Counted from the first letter of the stretch, positions 12,461 through 25,920 are shown. The stretch: 64,000 bases of DNA from the human T2T-CHM13v2.0 reference genome, Homo sapiens (GCF_009914755.1 NC_060936.1), one strand, 5' to 3'. Notes: generated by a model not told the origin, from the letters alone. Program-made: numbers and translations.

Positions 12461-13399
12461 GAATTTGATCTGTCCTGAAATACACACACTTGTGTTTGTG
12501 TAGTTGGTGCAAATCACCTTGGCCAGTTGTGGATGTGCATTGAGAAAAATGAAAGAAAGAAACTGACAAAAACCCAAAATGATGATCAATGCTCCTGTGA
12601 GCATTTGGTGCTCACATTTACCATTCATCAATAATTTTGTCAAGTTTTTACCAGTAAATGATTAATAAAATAACCTTCCAGATACAGCTCAAACATCAAT
12701 AAGCAATATTTTATCACATGCCAGCAAGTTTTAGATCCAATGTGCCCAGCAATTTTTGGTTAGGTACAGACCCTTAGAATTTGTAGGGGCAGGGGTAAGA
12801 TGCATGAAATAACAGTAAACTAAGTACCAGTATGAAGAGGAAGACACACACCCGTGTAGAGGATGTGCAAACACGTATATAGGTTTGCATTAGGAGGCCT
12901 GGTTTTCAGAAAGGTTTCTGTGAGATGTACTATTTAGAGCTGAGTTTTGGAGGGCTGATGGACATGCTTAGGAGTTGGCATCTCAAGTATAGTTACTAAA
13001 TAGTGGTGAAAGAGCACGGGTTACTCTATAGTCTGGTGTAGAGGATTTTTGGAGAAGGGGGGATCGAATGGAAGTTTTATAGTTAGTAAGTGGCAGAGCT
13101 TGGCTTAGTACCCCAGGCTTGTCTGACACCTGTCCTTCTCCCATAGCACCATAGTGCTTTGCTGAGAATGTGGGTAGGAGTCAGAATCCTATGATGCTTT
13201 CCGTTTGGAGGTTAGAGTCAGGGTTGCCAGGGGTCGATTATGAAACAGGTGATGTTCATTTTCAGCATCATTAGCTCCTCTTTGGTGTGTCTCTTCTCTC
13301 CTTGGCATTCATTTTCTCACACCCTTCCCAGCTGATTCACAGTAGGGTTTCAGAGGGATCTAGGACGTATTTGTATTATTTTAAAATATACATTTTAAA

Positions 13400-13990
13400 T
13401 TCTAAAGTATCCTTATAGTAACAATTCAAGTTGTACAAAAAGGAGATAAAATGCAAAGTGATTTTCTCTTTCTCTAAAACCTTTAATCCTCATCTTTAAA
13501 AAAGTATCTTTTCAGAAATTTTATATGGACATTCAGGCACACACAATATATCCTCTTTTATCTGAGAGAACCCATTTAATATATGCATTTTCTGTAATTT
13601 GATATCTTTAATTAATATATGGAACAGTCTTTCATACAATTATATAGTTCTACTTTATTTTATTTTAATCAACAGAATAGTGGTCCACTGTACTGCTTTT
13701 CTGTGATTCTTATCGAACAGTATTTAAATTTATTTTCTTAATGTCTGCATTTATTATGCACTGTGTTGCAGAGAACATCCTTATAGCGATCTGCAAACTT
13801 GTAAAGGGGTTATTTGTAGGGGACTTGCAATGGAATTTCTAGGTTGAAGAGTGTGTGTATTTAAAATTTTTTTGAAGACTGTGTGTATTTAAAATTTTGA
13901 TAGATATTGGGGAATTGTCCTCCAGAAAGGCAGTACCATTTTCATTGTATCCGCAGGGTATGTGAATGCCTGTTTCCTAAGCCTTTTTCT
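13400..13990 (-). mobile_element. old L1ME-type fragment
   Basis: gaacatccttatag...ggaatttctaggttgaagagtgtgtgtatttaaaattt...ttgtcctccagaaagg. Confidence 0.55.
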
Positions 13991-14069
13991 TTTTAAAGAG
14001 GACTTGAAGCCAGAGAAGAGGAGACAAAGAGCAGAGTGGGTACTAAAAGTAAGTGGCGGCCAAGAGAAA

Positions 14070-14548
14070 CAGAAACACAGGTTCACACAAAAACTTGTGC
14101 ATAGCAGCATTATTTATAGCAGCCAAACAGTGGAAACAGCCCACTGTTCATCCAGTACTGAATGGATAAACAAAATGGGGCATATACATACAATGGAGTA
14201 TTATTCAGTAATAAAGACTACAATGTGGATAACCTTTGAAAGCATGCTGCTAAGTGAAGTAAGCCAGTCATAAGATACCATGCATACTTATGTGAAATAT
14301 CCATGTAGGCAAATCCATAGAGACAGAAAGAAGATAGTGGTTGCTTAGAGCGGGAGGTGGGGATGATTTGGGAAATGACTCCTGATACGTAAAGGGTTTC
14401 TTTCTGGCATGATGGGAATGTTCTAAAATTAGATTGTGGTGATGGTTGCACAACTCTGAATATATTAAAAACCACTGAATTGCATACTTTAAATGGGTGA
14501 ATTTTACAATATGTGAATTTTATGTCATTAAAACTATTTAAAAAATAA
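14070..14548 (+). mobile_element. L1MB-type 3' end
   Basis: Translation ..EWINKMGHIHTMEYYSVIK (L1 ORF2 C-terminus), then 3' UTR ending tcattaaaactatttaaaaaataa. Confidence 0.88.
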
Positions 14549-15348
14549 GTGGTGGCAGAATGCATGGTATAGGATGGAAAGGATGAGGATATGGTCATTC
14601 TCACGGGCCTGTGGGTTGGGCAGGAAGACAGTGCCATAGCCAGCGAGCCAGGCAAGGTGGGGGAAGGTGTTCTGCCAGGCTATGCTGAGCCAGGTATTCA
14701 GGTGGCTGATGACAATCAGCTATAGGGGTGGATGGTGGAGTTTTTTCCCCTAACAGAATAGAGACAAGAGGCAGTTGATGCCATGCCCTAGGCAGGGTCA
14801 GAACTGAGGTTAGTACACTGAATTTCTTACTCGTTGTTCTTGTTCAGTCCTTCGAATACACAGAAGATACTGTTCTCCTGGAAGGCAGTAATAGTTTCCT
14901 TTGCTGACCTAGAAATGCCTGCTGTGCTCCAGCATTTGGAAAAGGAAGGTCAGAGAGAGGAAGCTGAGCTCAGCTGCTGAGTCAAGGAAAAGAGAAGGAA
15001 GACCTAGGGGTCACCAACGAAGATGAGGCCCTCATTTGTGAATAAGTGTAGTCAGTTTTAAATTTAGCAATTAAGCTCTTTCTATATAGTGGAAGTGACT
15101 GTTCTTTTGGAATGTGTTTGCTAGTAAATATCATAAGAATGTTTAAAAGGAAGTTATGATTTTAAGTGACCTCTGAGTTGTGCTGATGGATAAAATTTAG
15201 CTCAACGGAATGAGGGTTAATCTCACGGTATACTCGGAAAGTTAAAGGGAAATCAACACACTTTTTCACCAAAGCCCGTTTTTCCTGGTGCTTGCGGCTG
15301 TTTGAACTTGCTCTTTGCTTCTCATTCCCCATCATCGTGGCTCCGTGG

Positions 15349-15400
15349 CATACATTAAATCAAACCATGACCTCCATACATTAAATCAAACCATGACCTC
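15349..15400. repeat. perfect 26-bp tandem duplication
   Basis: catacattaaatcaaaccatgacctc twice with no mismatch. Confidence 0.95.
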
Positions 15401-17048
15401 CGAATCTTCTTAGTTATTTTCAGGTACAAGGTTTTCAGCTTCAGAAAGGACAGAGGTCTCCATGGTTCCATTTTGAAGATTTTTGGGTGGCTACTGCTTG
15501 TTTACCAGCAGTTTGGTATAGAAGCCCAAGACAGTCCATGTGTGGTTCAGTATTGACCTAATAGCAGAATAAATTTGGACCAAACAGAAGTCCTTTTCTT
15601 TGTCACTGTGTTTGATTAACTATCCTGGATATGCTTTATTCTCTAAAAACTTCATTTTTGAAAATACCATGGTTATTAAACAACTAGTCTTTGTGCGTGA
15701 TTAGGACATAAACAGGAATCTCACCCACTTTTAAACCTTTCCAAGAAATAACTTTTCCACTGATTTTATTTTGAATTGTTAAAAAACTTTTAGCAGGGAG
15801 AGAAAATTTGGTTGATGATTCAGAGCGCGAGGGAAAGGAAGCAAGGGATTCTGGCACATGCGCACGAGTTGAATGACAACTGGTGGATATTTTTATATTT
15901 ATTGCTATTCTTAGCCTAAGGCCTGGAGCTGAGTAGGGAGTAACTAAGCTTAGCCATACTTATTAGACTTAGAGATTTTACTTTGTTTATGTCAATGTCA
16001 AGGCCTTTGGGAAAACTTTGGTATGCTTAGCTGATTTCTTGAAATACAATCTTTCTCTCATGCAATTTCCTCTCATTCAGTACGTGAAGAATAAAATGTT
16101 GACAGGTTAAACTGCAAGACAATCTAAGTTGCTGTTTATTTTTGTCTGTTAGCCAAATCTTAACTCACTATTCATAGCCACACAGGGTGTTTTTTTTTGG
16201 TTGGTTTTTTTTTTTTTTTGGTTTCAGTTTGTTTCTCCTAAATACATTTTAAAGATAATTAGTTATTGCCTGTATTAGAATTTCTTTTTGTGTTCTTGTG
16301 TTAGGATTCTGGAAGTAGCAATGAATTCACAGGAGAACTCAACAATGTAAGAGCAAGATGTTTCCACCACTTACTGAGTTGAGGGTATAAGATTTTATCC
16401 TTTGCCAGCCCCTTTAGAAATTGTGACTGTGAACTGCCATGATTTAACTTCAAAACACAGCCTGTTCTCTTGTCAGTGGAGCCAAAGCGTTATGCCTGAA
16501 CAACGATTATAGGTTAGTATAGACAAGTGAAAAAGAGTTTTATTTTGCTGGATTCTGATACTACACATACTTAGGTTCAGCTAAATATCAAAATCGCCAC
16601 AGCCAAGATGTAGTCATTGATGAGGACTTTAATTCTACCCAATGTCTGATCAATGTTTCATTCCATAGAAACATAGATGTTTCAATCCAGAAAAGCCTTT
16701 CTATTTTTTAAACCACAGATTGAGGAGGCAATGAGATGGAAATACTACCCTGAACTTAGTTCTAACTATCTAGAAAAATTTTTTATTGAAGTAGAATTGA
16801 CTAAAACCTTGGGCGGGAGTAACCATGATAGTATTGTTTGGTAACTTCAAAAGAAAGAAAAGTTGGACATAACCAAATAGTAGTGGTGATTTTAGGAAAA
16901 TATATTTCAAAGGAAAAAAACATAGATTTTTCAATATATAGAGGGATTTTTCAACATATAGAGACTTGAAAAGAGTACAAAAAAATAAAAAGAAGAAAGG
17001 AAATAGAGAAATAAAAAGAAAGTTTCTGACAGCAAAATCATCTTTTGA

Positions 17049-17437
<389 letters not shown>

Positions 17438-17859
17438 TGAAAGACAAGCACATGATCAGGGACAAATTCAGAAGAGTGGCGTAAACCGGTAAGAAAATAT
17501 CTGCAAAGCACAAGTTCATACTGAGCTGAAGCTGAAGAGAATGTTAAAGACAACAAGAAAGCTCTCTTTAAAGCTATGTTCATAACAAGAAAAACAAGTA
17601 AAGGCTAAGCTCGTTGCTTGGGGCAGATGGAATAATGTTAAAATATGACGAAAAACAGACCTACTCAACTATTTGGCTTCTCTTTCTCTATTAAAGACAA
17701 TGATGTTCAAACTGGAATGTGTAACATAAACATGGTTAAGGATAAACTGAAGCATGCACGATAGATAATGATAATAATAGTTGTGACTACAATTTCCTGA
17801 GTTTCTATTCAGGACTGAGTACTGTAAAAGAGAATTTAGTTGCTTTTTAAAGTACTTAC

Positions 17860-18030
17860 TGGCAGGCGTGCGCGGTAGATATTACTGTTATCAATCCCAT
17901 TTACAGATGAGAAAACCGAGGCACAGGAAGATTTAATGACAAACCTGAAGTTACACAGTCGGTAAATGATGGGCTGGGATTCAGATCAAGGTCTGACTAA
18001 CTTCAAAGCCTGGCTCTTTTCACTGGACTC
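17860..18030 (-). mobile_element. MIR SINE
   Basis: cccatttacagatgagaaaaccgaggcacagg...gggctgggattcaga. Confidence 0.8.
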
Positions 18031-18139
18031 CCTGATTCCCATGCCTGTCACATCTAGTGTTTTCAACAGGATTGCATTTTTTTGGTTTAAATTATATTGT
18101 AAGGCACATAAACAAACACATGCCAGTAGATGTTATTGA

Positions 18140-18656
<517 letters not shown>

Positions 18657-19373
18657 TGAGACAGTTTGAGCATCAAAAGGATTGAAATATATAAAAATAT
18701 ATAAAAGTCCATGAGTTTATGACAAAATTCTAAAGACACAAGACAATAAAACAAAAAAATCCCGCATTTGTCACTTCTGAGATTGTTAGGGCACCAAGTC
18801 ATTGTTCTGAAAATGGATTTAAAAAGGAGATCTCACATCCACCCCTGCTTTCCTATTTACTTTATAGAGAATTACAGCTAATAAATGCAGAAGGGTGCTA
18901 GAAAAGTTTTAAAAACCTACAGTTTTGTAGCATCTAATGAAGTAATGGAGCTAAGCAACAACCATTAATGAATGATAAAATCAGGTAAAATTGGTGCTTT
19001 CTAACAGAGAATCAGGCTGACAACACTTGAACCCACGGATCAGTCTCCATATCACTAAAAGTGGAACAGCCGAACGTTAGTTATGCTCCTCCAATGTGAT
19101 CTGATAGAAAAGAAACAGCACCACCTGTGAAGTATTCTTACCCACATCCCCTCCCTCAACGAGGCTGAACCAGAAGCTCATCAAACATGCACATCTAACT
19201 ATTAATACCAGGTTATAGGAAATACGGGAGACAGAGGAACATGCTAAACACCACTACAAGGGTACAGATCAGCCAATGCCTGAATGTAGGAAGTTCTACA
19301 AAACAAATGACCCATTTTTGTTTTCAGTATATAAATGCTACGAGAAAAAAGTAGAGATGGGGAACTGTTAAGT

Positions 19374-19980
19374 ACTGTAAACTAGTTCAACCATTGTGGA
19401 AATCAGTGTGGCGATTCCTCAGGGATCTAGAACTAGAAATACCATTTGACCCAGCCATCCCATTACTGGGTATATACCCAAAGGATTATAAATCATGCTG
19501 CTATAAAGACACATGCACACGTATGTTTATAGCGGCACTATTCACAATAGCAAAGACTTGGAACCAACCCAAATGTCCAACAATGATAGACTGGATTAAG
19601 AAAATGTGGCACATATACACCATGGAATACTATGCAGCCATAAAAATGATGAGTTCATGTCCTTTGTAGGGACATGGATGAAACTGGAAACCAGCATTCT
19701 CAGCAAACTATCGCAAGGACAAAAAACCAAACACTGCATGTTCTCACTCATAGGTGGGAATTGAACAATGAGAACACATGGACACAGGAAGGGGAACATC
19801 ACACACCGGGGACTGTTGTGGGGTTGGGGGAGGGGGGAGGGATAGCATTAGGAGATACACTTAATGCTAAATGAGGAGTTAATGGGTGCAGCACACCAAC
19901 ATGGCACATGTAAACATATGTAACAAACCTGCACATTGTGCACATGTACCTTAAAACTTAAAGTATAATTAAAAAAAACA
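19374..19980 (+). mobile_element. 5'-truncated young L1PA (L1PA3/4-like), ORF2 C-terminus and 3' UTR
   Basis: ORF 19394-19669 WKSVWRFLRDLELEIPFDPAIPLLGIYPKDYKSCCYKDTCTRMFIAALFTIAKTWNQPKCP is L1 ORF2p; G-rich 3' UTR and A tail follow. Confidence 0.96.
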
Positions 19981-19994
19981 AAAAGACTTAAGGG

Positions 19995-20083
19995 TGGGAG
20001 ATGGAGCCTGCAGTGAGCTGAGATCACGCCACTGCACTCCAACCTGGGCAACAGCGAGACTCCGTCTCAGGAAAAAAAAAAAA
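19995..20083 (+). mobile_element. heavily 5'-truncated Alu (3' end of right arm)
   Basis: gcagtgagctgagatcacgccactgcactcc...gactccgtctc plus A tail; perfect TSD aaaagacttaaggg at 19981-19994 and 20084-20097. Confidence 0.93.
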
Positions 20084-20704
20084 AAAAGACTTAAGGGACC
20101 TGTAAACCAAATGCAGGTATGAATCTTGTTTGGAACTTGATTTGAACAACTGACTAACTAAAAAAATGCCTTTTTTTTTAAACAGGCAAAAATAAAACAT
20201 ACTCTGTTTATTACATGTTACTAAGGAATTACTGGTAATTTTATTGAGTTGGTGGTATTGTGAGTTTTAAAAGTCCTTATCTATTTAGAAGCACTTATTA
20301 ATGAATTAATATGAGGCCTAAGACTCTTTAAAAAATACTCCTTCAAAAGAAAAAAAGTATGTGTATAGGGAAATACGTGAAATCAGAATGGTAAAATATA
20401 ATAATTGTTGAAGCTTGGTGATAGGTTTTTGGGGGTTCTTTACACTTTCCTCTACTTTGTTATGTATGGAAAATTCACATAATAAAAACAGTCAAGTGTT
20501 CTATTTGAGAGGCAGAATTTTGGCAGAAGGCCTGGGTTATAACCCAATTTGTATAGCCTGGGGAGAGTCACTGCTACTCCCTCCTTTTTTGCCTCTTTCC
20601 TTTCCTTTTTACTTTCCTTCTATTTCTTAAGAAATCATTTGCTGGGCCACATTTTCCCCCAGGGACTGTCCTGGTACCATCAGCCTTCCAAGTTACAGGT
20701 ATAG

Positions 20705-20705
<1 letters not shown>

Positions 20706-20745
<40 letters not shown>
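20706..20745. repeat. (TAT)n microsatellite, about 13 units, in a MIR remnant
   Basis: tattattatt... run followed by ttttacagatgaggaaa. Confidence 0.95.
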
Positions 20746-21744
20746 TTACAGATGAGGAAATCAAAGCAGAGAAGGGACTAAGTTTCTCACCCACAAATCC
20801 AGGTCTGCCTGTGTCCAAAATCTGAGCTCTTTTGTTTTATTTTATGCTGGCTCCCAGGAGTAGTCCTCTGATTTTATAATTTTTAAGTTTTTTTATTTTT
20901 AATTTTGTTTATGGATAAATTTTAAACAATGAGTAAATTAAGATAGATCAAGTGGAGTAGCATTTGTGTTTTTTGCATGTGAGAAAGATGCAAGGTATGG
21001 TTGTTACTGTAACAATTACAAAGATTTCATCAAAGGCAAGCAGTGATAAAAGCAAAATGTGTGGCAACTTTCTTCATATTCAGAAAAGAGTAAAAGCCTA
21101 TAAATTGTAACTTTAAGCCATAAAATAACATTTATTTATGCTTGTTCTTCAAAAGCTTATATTTGATAATCTTTTTTGTTAGAAGTCGAAGCCTGAGAAA
21201 AATGGCTAATTTCATTTTTCATGTGTTTGTAAAATATTTTTAGGACTATCACAAGAAATTCCCTAAAAATGTCAAAGCAAATGAACAAGTGAAATTCTGC
21301 ACATCCCTTGTGCCACTATTTTGTTTACTTACTGAAAAAATGACATTGGCTTTTGTAAAACCTGGGTGTGCTGGTGGGCATGTGCAGATGTGTCGCTGTC
21401 ATCTGTCATGTGTCATGCTCTCGATGTCAGAACCAGACATCAGTCAGGGAAGAGAGTGAGTAGCAAGCCACCTCGCCAAACTCTTGCTGCAGGGTGCACG
21501 GGGTTCACATCCTCTGCTTAGATTTAGTGCGACTTTCCAAAACACCTGCAGTGCGGTACTTCATGGCTGGTCCCACGTAACAATTTATGCCCTAGAGATG
21601 TCTGACTAGATCTTAGGAAATTATACTAATGGTTCTGACGTTGTTTCCTTCAAGAATCGAGGCGCTAAATATAGTCAAGCTGAATGACAAAATTTTACTC
21701 ACACTCAGGGCATGTCAGTGAGGGCATCAAAAATGGAAAAATAA

Positions 21745-21975
21745 TAAATACTGCTGATATTTACTAAGTTTTATGGTATGACAGGCACTGCACTAAGTCT
21801 TTTGAATATCTAATCATGTTTAACTCTCAATGTCCCATTTTATAGCTGAGGTGGCCGCAGCACAGAGAGGTTAAGTGAGTTGCCCAAGGTTGCACGGTTA
21901 ATAAATGGCAGAGCTGGGCTCTAAACCCAGGCCGTCTGACCCCTGAGCCTTTCCTCTTCTAACCACTGTGCAGTC
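21745..21975 (-). mobile_element. MIR SINE
   Basis: cacagagaggttaagtgagttgcccaaggt...atggcagagctggg. Confidence 0.88.
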
Positions 21976-23724
21976 TCCAAGCACCAGCAGAATGAAGTGA
22001 GCACGTGCTAATCCACAGCTGTCATGGTTTGGCCCTCTGTGGGCTTTCAGAGCACCTTAAAACCCTTTGTTCTGTGTCAGAGCTGTTTTTCAGCTTTGCA
22101 GATGTCTGAAGTCAAGCAGAAGAGATGGAGAGTCTGATAAAGCACACGTGGCAAATCTCTGGCCGAGTTGATATTAGAACACAGAGTCCCAGGGTGATTT
22201 ACTGTCCAGGGGGAAAGCCAGTTGGCCTGGCTACCTTGCAAGACGGTTAAAGGACATAAGAATAGATATTCATTCAAGACTGTCAGAAAGAAAGTAGGTC
22301 AGCAATGAAATAAAAACAAATGTCAAAGAAACACCACTTTGGTATAAATAAAAAGTCGATTCTTCTTAATAAAGAGCTGTCTGTTCTTCATTAATTAGAA
22401 AAGTACAGAGCCTGCTTACTTTGAGATTCCAAAACCTCTTCAGGCACAACTCGTTATTAATTTGATCACTTTCCTCAAAAGAATGATATTTTGACAAATA
22501 CAGTTTCTGGCTTCAGTCACATATAGAAACATTGGAATAAGTACAATGTTGTGTTTTGCTTTTTTTTTTTAAATAGGAACTATGTTTGATAATGCATATA
22601 CTCCAAACACCTCTAAAAATAATTTTCAATTGGCAAGCTATTTTTTGGTGTATTTTCCTAGTCTGGGAGAGGAAGTTTTATCATTTAATTTGATAAACTT
22701 AGTACCTTTGAGAGAAAGGAGGAGAAAATTTTACCATCTTATGTGGTTGAAATATGCTTTAGTATTTACATAATTGAAAATGATTCAAACTGATTTCCTC
22801 TGACGAACATCCGAAATGAAAATAAAAATTGTGTCTACTCCAAAGGGTAGTGGCTTGAGTCACCCACTGGTATGTGTGACCTATGAGTCACTCACTGGTA
22901 TGCGTCTTCCCGATCCCCTGGCCTATGGGTTAGAAGTCAAAGATGCTCCACTGGGGCTTCCTTTGTAGCTTCTTTTCCCCTTCAGTATTCAACCACAGCT
23001 ACTGCTGGCAGCTCCTGGCAGAACAGGAATGGGAGACCAAGGAGAGGATATGTGGAAGCTGAGTGATTTATTTATAGGGGACTTTTGGCAAATGAAAGAA
23101 AATAGATGTGAAGTCTTAGCAGTTCCAGCATGTTCATCAGAAATGCAAGCTCATGATAGTCATTTCAAAGGGAATTGTGGAAGAATGGTGTTACCCTACT
23201 TCACAGGCCATTAAATCATATATATGTTTGGTTGCCAGTGAGAATCTGAGTAGCAGAGCAGACAAGAATAAGGACGTATGGGATCGAGGCCTGTAGCTTG
23301 TGACCATGAACAAGTCACGTGACCCTTTGGCCTTAAATTCACCATAAAGTCGTGTACTTGATCTCAGTGATTGTATCTTACTTCATCAAAATGGTATGAT
23401 TCTAAATTCCTGTGGGATATACAGGTAAGACAGGACTGGTGGAGCATTAGGTTTGGTTTTTCCTTTAAAAGAAAGTGTTGGGGAGGCAGCAGGGAATAGC
23501 AAAGGTCACAGACTCAAAAGCATTAACTGCAGGGCCTATGAAGACACGAATGATGTAGGTTTGATATAATGGAGGTACAAATCCATGTTTTATGCAAAAC
23601 CTCATATTTCTAAACTTTGGCAATTCATTCATGTTTATCAAATCACTGTTTTAGGCCCCCTTTGGCTGGCCAGTGGGCCCTCTGCTTTAGACTTCTGGAA
23701 TAAACTCCACAGTTGAGAGATGAA

Positions 23725-23925
23725 GGACAGACCTGGATTCTAACAGACCTAAATTTGAACCTTAGCTCTGCCCTCTAAGGAATGTGTAAACGTATACATC
23801 TGTATTTAACTTCTCAAAGCTTCAAGTTTCTTTATCTGTAGAAATGAGAATGATAATACCTCTTTTGTAGGATTTCCTGAAGACTGCGGGTACTATGTAT
23901 TAAGTATACATAGTAGGCACATCCT
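23725..23925 (+). mobile_element. MIR SINE
   Basis: agctctgcc...agtttctttatctgtagaaatgagaatgataatacct. Confidence 0.75.
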
Positions 23926-24439
23926 CAAAGGGAATTCCATTACCTTTTCTATGGAGGTAGATCCTGTATAATTTTTAAATTTTTGTCTTGATGGCCAGTT
24001 GCTCACAGTTTTTAAAAGTGTAGTAGATGCCAGCGCTTCTTTATAGATTCTGAAATCCCTTCAATTTACATTTTAGTTGTTTTAAAATAAAGATTTCTTT
24101 AAGAGACAACATTCAGAGGGATAAGTTTTCTACTTGCCAGTAGAGGTAGAAGGCAGTAAAACCAAATAGATCTGTCAGTTACTGTCTTGAGGTAGAGCCC
24201 CTAAAGCAATAAAACCCACCTTTGACAATGAGGAAACACGAGACATCATTTTCTCCTTAGGACAAAAGTCTAGTGAGTAATGGCCCTTCTGTGACTAATG
24301 GTAATTCTGTTCTTTATTCCCGTAGAAAATCTAATTTTGAAAACATTTGCTGCATGCCCTACTATGTACTAGGCACTATGCCAGGGGAATAATGTAAAGA
24401 TGACCAAAACATAATGGAATTGTTGCCTACAAGTATGTT

Positions 24440-24970
24440 TCGGCTGTTTAAGGATTTATATTGCAGTTTGTGCAAATTGTGTATGAGTCCACTTTGAGAG
24501 GTTATACATATCTTCCAATAATGTTGCTATTGCTCAAAATATCTTTGAAGTCTCTCTTTGGAATTTACTTTTAGAGCCCTTAGCACATTCTGCTGAAGAT
24601 TTTTTTTTTTTTTTTTTTTTTTACCCTAGTGGTATTTATTCTTAGAAGGTGGATTTGATGTCAGGGACTGGCCAAGAGTTGTTCATCACTAAGTCAGCCT
24701 CATGGGTGGTGGTTAAACTGGCTAGAGTAATTTTTCGTTAAAAACGAGCCAGGACTGTAAAGTAGTATGACAGGGTTTTTTTGTTTTTTTTTTTTTTTAA
24801 TATCACATCAACTGATTGTAGAGAAAAAGATAGTTCCAAAAAGGCATTCTGCACATTTTTTGCCCCAAACCAGTATCACTGGAATATATTTGTAGCTCCC
24901 TAACAGGCTAACTTTGAAATAAGTGGTGCTCACATGTGCATGTGTTGTAGTACGTCTGCTGAACCTTGTA
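24440..24970. mobile_element. MARNA-like ancient mariner relic
   Basis: cttccaataatgttgctattgctcaaaat near the left end and a degenerate inverted counterpart (cagtatcactggaata...taactttgaa) near the right end. Confidence 0.5.
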
Positions 24971-25568
24971 CTTAACCTCTTAGCAAACTCAGTGTCTTTG
25001 TTTTTTCCTTTGAAATGTTATTTTTTCAAGTTCAGGGATAGATTTTCTCCAAGAAAATGAAACAAATAAGATCCACTCTCAAAGGACCTTAATGGAAAGA
25101 AATACATGCTTATACCAAGTTCTTTAAAACTATCCAAACTGGAAAGGATTGCCTCATAGCTAACTGTGATTATTCTGCCATGATTTAGGGACAGATAATT
25201 TCCTATCAGCATGTTTAACATGAGAATTAAAGAGTTCTGTAGTGTGGCCTATTGACCTCATTTGTTCATTCCACAAACATCTTTTGGAGTCCACTGTATG
25301 GCAGGCATTATCACTTACCATGGTGAGGATGGTGAGGCCATGAGCATGCTTCACCTAAGGAAGCCTGATCTTCAAGAATGCAAACTCACTCAACAAGAAA
25401 CTTGAGAGTAATTAATAGTAGTGTTGGTAATTATCCTGTCTTTTCCTTGTAGGATTATTTGGAGGTTGTGAAGTGGTAAGTCTCTTTATTGCATTTGAAA
25501 TATGGCTCATCTCATGACCATTGGAATGTGTGTACGCTCTGGAGGAAACCCATCTCTGCCATGTCACC

Positions 25569-25920
25569 TGTATTAGTCTGTTCTTATGCTGCTATGAAGA
25601 AATACCCAACACTGGGTAATTTCTAAAGGAAAGAGATTTAATTGACTCACAGTTTCTCAGGCTGGGGAGGCCTCGGGAATTATGGTGGAAGGCACCTCTT
25701 CACAAGGTGGCAGGAGAGAGAATGAGTACCCAGCGAAGGGAGAAACCTCTTATAAAACCATCAGATCTCGTGAGAACTCACTCACTATTACGAGAACAGG
25801 ATGGAGGAAACCATCCTCATGATTCAGTTATCTCCACCTTGTCCCTCTCATGACACGTGGGGATTATGGGAGCTACAATTCAAGATGAGATTTGGGTGGG
25901 GACACAGCCAACCCGTATCA
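25569..25920 (-). mobile_element. THE1D-like MaLR solo LTR
   Basis: tgtattagtctgttct...gacacagccaacccgtatca; TSD tcacc/acacc (4/5). Confidence 0.92.

Noticed and set aside
19394-19669. ORF with clear protein homology
   Set aside because: C-terminal remnant of L1 ORF2p in a 5'-truncated element; not a host gene or an active L1
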